From Lytechinus pictus (Eukaryota): DNA of 64,000 nucleotides. Shown one piece after another: positions 52,786-64,000 of this stretch. Position 1 is the first letter of the stretch. Each line of letters begins with the position of its first letter. A model generated the notes under the pieces. The model ran no database searches. It was not told the origin of the DNA and saw only the letters and a program-made list of their open reading frames with translations. Position numbers and translations under genes: made by a program. Where the stretch lies: positions 30,752,001 to 30,816,000 of the forward strand of contig NC_087259.1 in assembly GCF_037042905.1 (NCBI RefSeq). The letters run 5' to 3'.

Positions 52786-55700
52786 TTAAGTAACAGTTTC
52801 CTCTTTTTGTAGGGTATCTGTGTAAATGAAATGAGGAAAAGGTACAATAAAACAAAATAGAAAGCTAGAGCTTCGAAAACAACATTAGCACATTAGATGG
52901 TTTCGTAATGTATGGTATTGCCTCTTAGTTACAAGAACTTTTTTTTTTAATACGAAATAGGATTTTAAAAGAAAAAATTATTGGCTTCTGATTTAAGTAT
53001 ATACATTCATTTGCATTTGTTTTATTGATGAATATTCTGAATAAAAAAATGATAGCGTTTTACTTCCAAAATTGATTTGATTTTTTTTATTCTTCAAGAA
53101 CATATATTCATACTTTACAAAAAATACAAATGTAAATACAAAATAAATATAAGGCTGCAAAATCGATATCTATTTTACAAATTATAATGAGTAAGGTAAT
53201 TTAAAAAAGGGGGAAATAAAAACATGTATTGTTACGGTACATAATGATGACAATTGTGGAATTATATATCATTGGCCAAATGAATCTTACCAAAACCATG
53301 AACAACTGAATATAAACTAAAATATAGTTAATTTACAAATGAATTTAATGAAAGCTGACGTACATAATTATATCAACTCTACTGATAAGATGCATGTGAC
53401 TTATTTCATCTTCGAGATAGGCTGCAGAGCCCTTTGAAGATTACAGCAGATGATGATGACTACTACATGAAAGCAAACAATCTGTTTGCCATACATAGAA
53501 CCGAATATGTCCTTTATAAGTATGGGCCTGTATAGGTCTATGCTTAAAGCGAGGTAGTATCAAACATACATATTATCCAAATCCTTTAACGATAATACTG
53601 TTTCATTTTCACTTCAGTATGGATGTACGCCCTCAAGATTGGCTGTTTGTTTTCACTCTCAGTTTCTAAGTCTCTATGACATACTAAGATTTAAAAAAAA
53701 CCGCTATATAACCACATGTAAAATATAATGGTAACGTTAAAGTTAGGTCATTAATATAAGCATACCATTTATCAACGAAGGGATATAATTATCAAATTTA
53801 ACGGAATATGTTATTACGGTGCCAATCTCATCAGTTGCGCATGTCAAGATCTCCATTTCACGTATGAACCTCAAACGCAAGGAGCCGAAAGTGAGTGAGT
53901 TTAGCAATTATATGTTTATCTTGTATATCGATCTAACCTAGCCTACATTTCAAATATTTGAGTTTTATATTAAGTTAAAAGACAGGAATACGAGGTATCA
54001 TTAGCGGTACTTTAGTTAGGTTTGGTTGATTGACGCCAGTCAACAATGGTAGAGAGCGAAAGGGTAAGAAAAGTGTCAATATTTGGGTAATCTACGGACG
54101 GGGGTAAGTAGATCATTGTTATAAAGCCATTGATTCCTGCAAACAAAAAAAGATTCAGAAGAAACCATTGTCTTATTTTTAATTTAGATGAGAGTCCTGA
54201 ACCACTTTGTTGCATACTCTTACTCTTTGAAGATATAAAAGGTAGTATATAAGAAAGATATATTTATAATGCTGATACTTATAACTATAAGTAAATACAA
54301 TCAATAATTGATTTAAATTGACATTGTATTTTGGCATACAACATTGATATTGTTGATATTTTTTTTCGTTTATCCTCTAAATCGAGGTGTTCAATAATGC
54401 AATGATTCTTTGAATATCATTTTTTTCCAATTTTTAAACATGCTTTTGTCTTTATATAAACTTTCTAGATAAACAATCATAGTAAGCTTGAATTCATTCC
54501 ATAAAGAATTTGCATCGTATGTTTTGCCTTTGAATACTTTTTATGTAATTTCGATAAATAACAAAATGAGCAGTAACATAGAATAGATTACACATAACAT
54601 GGCTGGAATTTGCAGATCAGAACCTATAATTAATGTTTTTCATCTATAGAAATGATAATCTTGAAAATATGAAACATCAATCTTTCTGCATGTATAATCT
54701 TCCAAAATAATCGAACATAATATTGTTGATGATAATACTGATGAGACATGGGTAAATTTTATACAAATTAAACTGACAGAAAATGTACCTTCTTTTATCC
54801 TAGCACAGCATACTTCTCAGTCTCATGTCATGTTTATCATTTTACTTTATGTTTTCTCCTTTACTCTATCTATAGGTGATTCCGACTTCAGATCACTGGA
54901 ACTTATTGCGGCCATAACGACGGGACTCCCAAAGAAGAAAAAGAAAATAAAAATAAAGCATTTGATACGCATTGAACCAGGTGCCTTGCTATATGCCAAT
55001 GCATACATTATATTTTGTTAGGCATACTTGAAGCCACCCCCCGTTAGAAAACAGCACACCAAGCCGAATTGGTAGGTTACATTTCATCATTCTGTCTCCA
55101 AGTTTTAAATTACCATGGCAACCATTTCATCTCATGCACGTTGCTTTTATATTAGTGTCTGCTCTTCAAACACATCCAATCTGCATCAGATGCTTTATAC
55201 AGACTGTCTAGCGGACAATCAAAATCGTCTTCATCTCCTCTTATACGCAGTAAAACGATTTAAAGGGATAGTTCATTGTAGCAGGTTAATGGTCACTGTC
55301 GTCAAACAACTTCTAATCTTTAATGTTGTATGCCAACATTCTGAAAAAATAGTTATAATAAAGTATCTTTTATTCACCCATTTTCACTACTTAATGTCGA
55401 ATGCATATTTGTCATTATTAAAAGTAACTCAATTGTATGGATACCCTTGTACCTAACCAGGGACTCGTCTTACACAGAATTACTATATATTGAAATCGAA
55501 TTCAAATAGCTATTGATCTCCAACTCCTATCTCTCAACTATACATTTAGATCTTTCGCAATTTAAATTCGATTTAATTTTTTTGTAGCTCTTTGCCCAGA
55601 TATCACTTTGAACAGGCAGGGATAAATAAATTACAATACATGGAATCCACTCTGCATACATCACTTGTTGCTATGTCGGACATGTCTCTGACAAGCATTC

Positions 55701-56964
55701 AGGTTGTCAAGACCACCCTTTCGTTAAAAAGCATGCATGTATAAAGATGCATGCATCTTGTTAGTAAACATGCATGTGTATTTGACCATTTTCATGATTG
55801 TTACGAGTCCTTTTTCTGAATCTACCTTCCCGATACCATTCATCAAACTAATTGGTGATTAGTATAGTGGCATTCCATCGCTACATGTGTAACGGATGAC
55901 ATTCTAAAGAAACTGCTTGGAATCCCACGATAATCCCTTTCAACTTGAAGCTCTGCCGAATAAGACATTTACAAAGAAGAACAAGAGACACCACCCTAAC
56001 ATCTTTTCAAAGGTTTAACCCCATGGCTGCTTCTATAAACTCCTCTACCACCAGTTCTTCGTCTGAAATCTTCTGGTATTCTTTTCAGATTTGTAAACGA
56101 TCTTTTAGAAAATAGTTTACCGCTCCAAGATACATGTTCTCAAATAATTCTGCCATCATTGCGTATATAGGGCGCATTGAACGAACTATATCATCTTATT
56201 AATTCTGATAATATTTAATGTACATCGAGAAACCTTTTGAATCTGCACAAGATCCTCATTGCAGTTTTCCTGGTTGTGAGTATGTTATTAGCTATGTTTA
56301 TACAATCATTTTAATTTCTAGAACAGAATAGCAACACTGGAAGGAATATTAATCTCATTTCTGTCATATAGTTCGATTGCGAACCCCCGTAAATATGTTG
56401 AATACATATGTCTAAATTCTGAATATTCATATGAGATTTGGGTTAATATTATGAACAAGCGCCACTTGGCAAAATATAGTTCGAAATGTCTTCGGTGATT
56501 ACGTATTATAATTATTGTTAATAAATTTTGGTGTCAAGTTAACATCAGCTCCACTCTTTTCATTTTTAACTCAGTGACACACCCTCATACCCCTTCTGTT
56601 GTTCTCTTAGTCTTACAAATTTGCATATCTTTGACATTATTTCTCCTCGTTCAACTGCATGATGTGTAGCTTGGTACAGGTATCACTTTCTCCATCCTAT
56701 TCAAACCGGTTTTATTGATCAAGAGCTAAAATCGATCAGTCCTCTAAGGCTAATTTCCGTTAAATGCCTACAATTATACGATTTCTATTCTACGGACGGA
56801 ATACACAGATAAAGAAAAGGTTTACTATACACCGACAATTTTTCGAATACAATACACTCTTTTTATTACACAAACAAAGTAAAGAGGATACGTCGCCAAC
56901 TGTGAAAAGTGCACATCGGGGTGAAAGCGATCCCTGATCTGATAATTAAGAATTATGCATCCTG

Positions 56965-57093
56965 GGTCCCGTAACACAAAGGTTAGCGATTGATCGTACG
57001 TTTGATTTTCACGATTGATTGTACATTGTAGTCAATGGAATCAATCGTAGAAAAGTGTTCTACGATCATTGCTAAGTCTTGTGTTACGGGCCC
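56965..57093. mobile_element. Short palindromic MITE, 3-bp TSD CTG (Harbinger-like)
   Basis: GGTCCCGTAACACAA..TTAGCGATTGATCGTA / TACGATCATTGCTAA..TTGTGTTACGGGCCC. Confidence 0.8.
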
Positions 57094-58351
57094 CTGGTTA
57101 TCGGTTGCAAAATGATTGCAAAATGAAATCAATGTATGGATATGCCATAACGTTCAGTTGTAAATCATTGCAAATAATTGCTTTGAATAGAGCATAATAC
57201 ATCTGATACTATAATCATTTATCGTTTTATGATATGAATTCGGAGAATGATTGAACAGTAGATAAGATACAGATAAATGAAGACAACAGGATATTAGAAA
57301 GTATATATTGGTCTTTAATGGATATTTTTTGTATCGTTTGTTATATAAGTTTAGGTTATTTCCGTTTTTCTGTCTCGTGGGCAAGTAACATTACAGAAAA
57401 AATATAATAAGTAATTTTCAATCGACGAAGTCAGGTAAGGCTTGTATTTATTTTGGCTAATGCAGTATATATAATAATTATATTGAATTAGTGTTTCCTG
57501 TAGTAATAGGCATGATGGGATATATATATTTGAAATGCACCTCGATCAATATGTTTATCCCCATAAACCAAGAATAACTTGGTGTATTAACATTTGGGAA
57601 GTAATAAACCTCAATTACAGCTATACAGTCGTCGATATGCAAGTCATTATAAAATGCGGAAACATAATTTAGAAGCATTTAATTACGGCCTTTGAAGAGA
57701 AAGACCGCATCGTTATCATCTAAAATCGATGAAACGATTCATAAAAAATTACGAACATCGGAAGCTAAGCTGCATGGGTCTTCCTATTGAAGTGATTGTT
57801 CAAAATAGGAGTCTAAAAGTTATCTTTACTTATTAAAGCTTGATTAAAAATTCATGAGGAATCTTAGGAGCCCTTTCAAAGAAACAAGTCGTGAAATCCA
57901 GTTGTTCAATTAAATGAAGACCGTCATTATTGATTTAACATTGTTATGTTATTATTGTAGATGTGTTATAACGATCTGTTATTTACACTAGATTTTCATT
58001 TGAAACATTCACCGGTCGATATCTTTAGTGTAAGTTCGAGGGGGGGGGGGGGTATATCCCAACGGTTGCGAGTAACTTTATTTGCACTAATGAGAGTTCT
58101 CTGATCAGGCAGTTCCAATAACAGATGCCCTGAAAATGACAATTAAGCTTACTCATCAGCTCATGCTATTTTCCTCCAACTCTATCCATATGAGCCTCTT
58201 CTCATATCTAAAGTAAGAAAAGTTATATTATACAGGCCCTGTCTGTTTATGATTGTGTTTGTTTTTATATGAACTTATACGTGATCTGAGAACATTCTTA
58301 GAAAATAAATGTATTCAATTACAGTGATCAATATAATTATATACCAATGAA

Positions 58352-58940
58352 AGGACAAGTCCACCCCAACAAAAAGTTGATTTGAATAAAAAGAGAAAAA
58401 TCCAACAAGCATAACACTGAAAATTTCATCAAAATCGGTTGTAAAATAAGAAAGTTACGACATTTTAAAATTTCGCTTAATTTCACAAAACAGTTATATG
58501 CACATCCAGGTCGGTATGCAAATAAAGAGACTGATGACGTCATCCACTCACTATTTCTTTTGTATTATATGAAATATTCAAATTTTCTTCTCATTGTCAA
58601 GTTAAACAACGATTAATTCTTCCCTGAACATGTGGAATGAGCATTGTTTAATACTATATGGTTCAGTCAACCTGGTCCTTATTGTCAAATAATTATGTAA
58701 AAAATGAAATATTGTATAATTCAAACAATAAAAACAAAATAAATATTGAGTGATGGACATCATCGACTGACTCATTCGTATGACACCGAGTTGTGCATAT
58801 CACTGTTTTGTGAAATATAAGCAGAACTTCAAAATGCCATAACTTTCTTATTTTACATCCGATTTTGATAAAATTTTCAGCATTATGCTAGTTTTGATTT
58901 TCTCTATTTATTCAAATCAACATTTTTCTGGGGTGGACTT
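58352..58940 (+). mobile_element. MITE family A copy 4
   Basis: AGGACAAGTCCACCCCAAC ... GGGGTGGACTT (last bases lost). Confidence 0.88.
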
Positions 58941-60382
58941 CTGCTATAGGTGTGTGATGAAGGAGATAACCGGGGTGGGGGTATTGTGTTCCATGACTTT
59001 GGGGTTTATAAGCATTCCTTTGCACTTCAACAAACATTTCATGAAATTTTATTTTATTAGGATGTTTGTAAGCTCATTATTATATCGATGACCGAATTCT
59101 CACATGTTTCTTTTTTAAAATCCATGTTGAAATAATGCGTCAATATAATTTAATCTACAAATTACTTAAATTTAAAAATGGCTGCACGCTTATCTAAATC
59201 TTTTCATAAATAATTGTCACTTAAAATAAAAATCAACGGCAAAGACTCGTTATGTACCGATCTTCACTCCCTCTGTCCAATAATCTCCCACTTCTAAAAG
59301 ACAAAAACGTTGATCCAATGATTCGATGTTCTAAACAAAGATCGCTGTACAATGACCTTGTAAAATCAATTGATACTAATAAACGAAAACACATCTACGT
59401 CAGACAAACATTCAATTAAATCACTTGGGTATTTTCATTCTTTAGTCTTCATCTTACTTTCCTTTACCCTACCATTGACCCGTTTGGTTCTTGTCTCGCA
59501 GGAGTGACCAAGCGACTAGTCGATAATCCAATGCAATGGAGTGTTATTTTAAATCCAGAAGGATTTCTTATTTTCTTAGAGTGACCTGTATTACCTATTA
59601 GACTTGGTGTCACTGTCCTTTGACTGTAAATATCAATAATAAAAATAATAATAAAAAACAAAAAAAGTTAAGATATGCAGGATATAAAGCCTTCTTTATC
59701 GTGTAAGTCTACTCAGTTTGAGCATTAAGGTGGCCTCTTAAGATAAAATACTGTCTTGGTTCAATTTTTTTTATAACTCGAATAAATGTCAACTTTGTTG
59801 GCAATTTGGAATATTTTTGTATACAATACCGCTGCATTTCCATTTTGATCATCATGATTATTGTAAAAGCAAAATTACCTTATACGAGAGAGAATGAAAT
59901 ACAATTATGCGACTGCGCATATGGAGTTGAAAATAGGGGGATAAGCAAATTCGATTTTCTTTACGCATAATACATTTCTTGTATGATGATGGGTTGGAAA
60001 GTAAAACCTAGTTCCTTTTCATATCTTTGGAATAATATATCTCAAATTTCTGAAGAGTTAAATGTGGTTTCTCCGCTTTAGTATTTGCTTTGCTTAAAAA
60101 AAAAAAAACTAAAATCGATATCTCTCATGAAGAATACAGTACGTGGCGATTATCATTAATAGTTTTTAAAACGAATTAATTTTAAATCCATTCACATTTA
60201 ATTTATGTGAATTAGGCTAAATGATTTTGGGATTAAAAAAAGGAAAGAAAAATCTCTTGTGCTTCATCTCCCCCCATTCCAGGAAATTTGTAGGGTATGT
60301 CTAAATATTGAAAATGTCTCACTATTCTGTTTTTATTTTTGAGATTTTCTTTTTTTATTTTAGAATTTCCTACTCTGCTTAA

Positions 60383-60961
60383 AGAGATACTCCGGGCTGA
60401 GGATATTTATATCTCAATAAAATAAGCAAAATGCTGAAAATTTCATCAAAATAGGATAACAAATAACGAAGTTATTGAATTTCAAAGATTTGCATTATTC
60501 AGGTGAAACAGTTCTAGGCATGCATGTCTTCATTGATATTCATTCGGTGGGCTGATGATGTCACATCCCCACTTTCCCCTTTCTTATGTTATTACATGAC
60601 ATCATAATTGTTTCATTTTTTTCGTAAATGTGTACAATGATGTGTCTCCATTATGATGAAATAAGCTGCAGCAAGAAATAACTAATGCACTTAGTTGTCA
60701 ATCCAGTTGTTTTAGTTCTTAGTATAATTTTTTTTTAATAAACCCAATTTCTTATAATAAAATGCAAAAGAATAAATGGGGATATGACATAATCAGCACA
60801 CCAATACATGCCTCGAACTGTTTCACCGGAATAATGCAAATCTTTAAAATTCAATAACTTTGTTATTTGTTATCAGAATTTTGATCAATTTTTCAGCATT
60901 TTGCTTTGTGAATTTTACTCTATTTATTGAGATATAAATATTCTCAGCCAAGAGTATCCCT
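60383..60961. mobile_element. TTAA-flanked MITE family C (Kolobok-like), long TIRs
   Basis: TTAA|AGAGATACTCCGGGCTGAGGATATTTATATCTCAATAAA ... TTTATTGAGATATAAATATTCTCAGCCAAGAGTATCCCT|TTAA. Confidence 0.88.
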
Positions 60962-62302
60962 TTAATCTATACCCCCTTTTTGTAAGTAATTTTTCTCTCT
61001 AAAAATAACAATGGAACTAAATCAAAATGAGTAAGAGAATGAGCAGCAAGCTAGTGGGCTGGAGGAGAGGAAGGTTAAGAGAAGGGATATGGGAAGTATG
61101 AGGGGAAATAAGAAAGAGGAAAGAAGGCGGACGATGACCAAAATACACCCAGCACTGAACATGTTATAGTATTCAATAAAAACCCGCTACATGTAGAGAC
61201 AAACATGATTTAGATAACCTTTCTAATGTTTGGATAGGTACGTCAGATTAATGATTTTTGAGCAGATGTTGGGAAGAGCAATTTTGTTGTCGGCCAGTGA
61301 TTATCGTTCAACTCAGCCATACGGGGGATCGTCGCCTTTTGGACGAAATACAAATTAAGTAACCGGTATAATTTTTTTGTCTATTGTCGTCGACACTTTA
61401 TTGACACCACCAGGAATGTTCTTTTTAAATCATCCAAAATTCTTGAAAGTTTAAGATTAGCTCTCTCTCCCCCTCACTCTCTCAAATTGCTTGAGAATAA
61501 TTCATTAGCGTAGAAAGATAGATGGTAATACAGTCGACTGACAATGTAAATACATTACACCCTGATCATATATATTTTGTCTTTCATCTTGTTACTTATT
61601 TCTAGATACATTAATTTCATTCAGACTACGAATACACAGATATTTCTGAAACATTAAAATTTAAAATCCTTCTCGAGTTGATTATTTTGGCGCCAAACAG
61701 GATGGTTTTAATTTGTGCGCATCGTCTGCTGAGATGGTGAAAAGAGTAAGTTGATATCTCTCTCTCTGATCAACGCCCTCCCTTTCTCCATCAATTCCCG
61801 AACTTGTTATCTTTTACTTTCATTCAAATCCATTTTTGCTGGACATGTTCCCTGAAGGTTTATACGATCATACTTGTATTATCAAACGACTCCTTTATCG
61901 TATATATCGGAAATTTAGCTTATTATTAAAATAAAATATTATTGTCAAATCAAGACATACGCCATGCAAATTAAAACGTAAACGTATGAAAAAATTGTAA
62001 TCTGCATCCTTTACAGGCTCTTCAATATACGGCTCCAGTCTAACTGAATGAAGATGAATGGGTTCCTTTTCATTTGGCAATAAAACCCTTAACTAGTGAT
62101 TTTGTGTAAAAATCTTTCTTTCCAAATCTCAGTTGAACTGTCGAAAATTCAAGTACTATACGAAATAATAGTCCTGACATTTATCTAAATACCTAATCCG
62201 ACCTCTCGATTCTTAATAATCAGTTCTATTGTATTGATAAGAAAATCCGAAAAGTATGCCAAAAAATCAGGTACTTCTCTTACTTCCAAATTGCCTTCTT
62301 AA

Positions 62303-62889
62303 AGGACAACTCCACCCTAACAAAAGTTGATTTGAATAAAAAGAGAAAAATCCAACAAGCATAGCACTGAAATTTCATCTAAATCGGATGTAAAATAAGA
62401 AAATTATGACATTTTAAAGTTTTGCTTAATTTCACAAAATAGTTATTTGCACATCCTGACTGGTATGCAAATGAGGAGACTATGACGTCATCCACTCACT
62501 ATTTCTTTTGTATTTTATGAAATATGAAAATATTCTAATTTTCTCCTCATTGTCAAGTGATACAATGATTAATTCATCCCTGAACATGTGGAATTAGCAT
62601 TGTTTGATACTATATGGTTCAGTCAAATTGGTCCTTATTGTCAAATCTGTAAAAAAAATGAAATATTTTATAATTCGAACAATAAAAAACAAAAGAAATA
62701 GTGAGTGATGGACATCATCGACTGACTCACCTCGTTGTGCATATCACTATTTTGTGAAAAATAAGCGAAACTTTAAAATGTCATAACTTTCTTATTTTAA
62801 ATCCGATTTTGATGAAATTTTCATCACTATGCTAGTTTGATTTTTCTATATTTATTCAAATCAGCATTTTCCTGGGGTGGACTTGACCT
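62303..62889 (+). mobile_element. MITE family A copy 5
   Basis: TTAA|AGGACAACTCCACCC ... GGGGTGGACTTGACCT|TTAA. Confidence 0.9.
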
Positions 62890-63702
62890 TTAAAAAGATA
62901 AATCCTCGGTGTTAAATACTTACAGATAGCAAATGGATAGAAAAAGCGCTCCTTTCATATTGGTGTTTGAATTGTATTTTCCAGTACATAATTAACCCTC
63001 CCCACCCCCCCAAAAAAATGCACGCGGAACGCAAATTAGGTGTGAGTCGGAACACTTTCACACCGCCAAAACAGATTAAGGTTGTGTAATGAATATTCAT
63101 GTAATTAACGATAAATGAAATTTAATGAATAATTAATTTTTGCTTGAAATATGTACAACAATTTACTACTTATTTATTAATCATACTCCGTCCGACTTTC
63201 ATATTTTAGAAAGTGAGTGAGTGAATAAAAAGCAGTGTCTCCGTGAAACTTTGGATTTTATTTCATATGACGTTGAATATTCATTATTAACACGATAGTA
63301 ACGTACTGTACAAGTTTCATGTTGTTGGTGTATCGTAAACTGCACATTTTCCCGTGAATTTTTCACAGATTGAGTGTCGAAATACTCAGTAACAACATCA
63401 AAAATGTGCATGTTGCATTATTCAACCATCTCTTAATCAGTCATGTCTACAGAGTATGTCCAGGTATCGGAGTTAAAGCAAATATTTTGGGATTTGACTC
63501 TCTCGAGAGTTTACCCACTCTTTTCAAACGTGCACCCCTTCTCTACCCAGACAATGGTATATAAGGACTTCAAGGTACCTCTCCATGGCTCTTAAAGAAA
63601 AGGAGTCACCACGGAAAGGGTTAACCTATTCATACTGGGTGCTCATCAATGAATGGAAGGGATAGCAAGGTGTCTAAACTGTACGGAAATGTTAGGGTAT
63701 AG

Positions 63703-63725
63703 CACTGAACTATAATAGTTCAGTG
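63703..63725. mobile_element. 23-bp CACTGA-type palindrome (putative footprint)
   Basis: CACTGAACTAT-A-ATAGTTCAGTG flanked by GGGTATAG and (G)GGGTATAG. Confidence 0.7.
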
Positions 63726-63747
63726 GGGGTATAGTACAAGCGTTTAA

Positions 63748-64000
63748 AGGAGAATGAAACCTTTAGAACAAGATAGCTTGTGTGAAAACAGACAAATCAA
63801 AGAAACAGATCAACGAAAGTTTGAGAAAAATCGGACAAATAATGAGAATGTTATGAGCATTTGAATATTGCGATCACTAACGCTATGGAAATCCTCACAT
63901 AGGCAATGCGACAAAGATGTGTGATGTCACTTGTGAACAACTCCCCCCATTACTTTAGTATATATTTCACTTAAATGGCATCTTTTATCACATCTATCAG
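63748..64000. mobile_element. Left end of another TTAA/AGG element (Kolobok-like), cut by the window edge
   Basis: TTAA|AGGAGAATGAAACC with subterminal motifs (AAAATCGGA..AATAA..GTTATGA) resembling families A and C. Confidence 0.6.

Overview
Eukaryotic, AT-rich, repeat-dense genomic DNA. The SINE, MITE and Helentron-type repeats look echinoderm (sea-urchin-like); this is an inference. One protein-coding gene is supported, on the minus strand. Its large terminal exon (CDS 17274-18077, about 1.4 kb 3'UTR, AATAAA at 15855-15860) encodes a coiled coil resembling the C-terminal coiled coil of SynGAP/DAB2IP/RASAL2, followed by a Ser-rich tail with RVxF and RxxSxP motifs. A phase-compatible, ATG-bearing first exon with promoter-like flanks lies 26 kb upstream (44274-44357), implying a ~295-aa protein with no RasGAP domain. 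Bases ~1.4-11.5 kb look CpG-depleted, probably the methylated intron of a second minus-strand gene starting near 11.6-11.9 kb. The rest is non-coding: LINE fragments, tRNA-derived SINEs, a Helentron-type element carrying a tandem array, many MITEs (TTAA/Kolobok-like, 3-bp, 5-6-bp and 8-bp TSD types), microsatellites and a 286-N gap. The most unusual signal is a set of tiny (8-42 bp) CA...TG inserts between 7-8-bp target duplications, one with an empty-site paralog 400 bp away. They look like P-superfamily excision footprints. Over-represented TACATGTA and TAGGCCTA octamers may likewise be footprints of TA-targeting transposons. Almost all short ORFs in the track are spurious.
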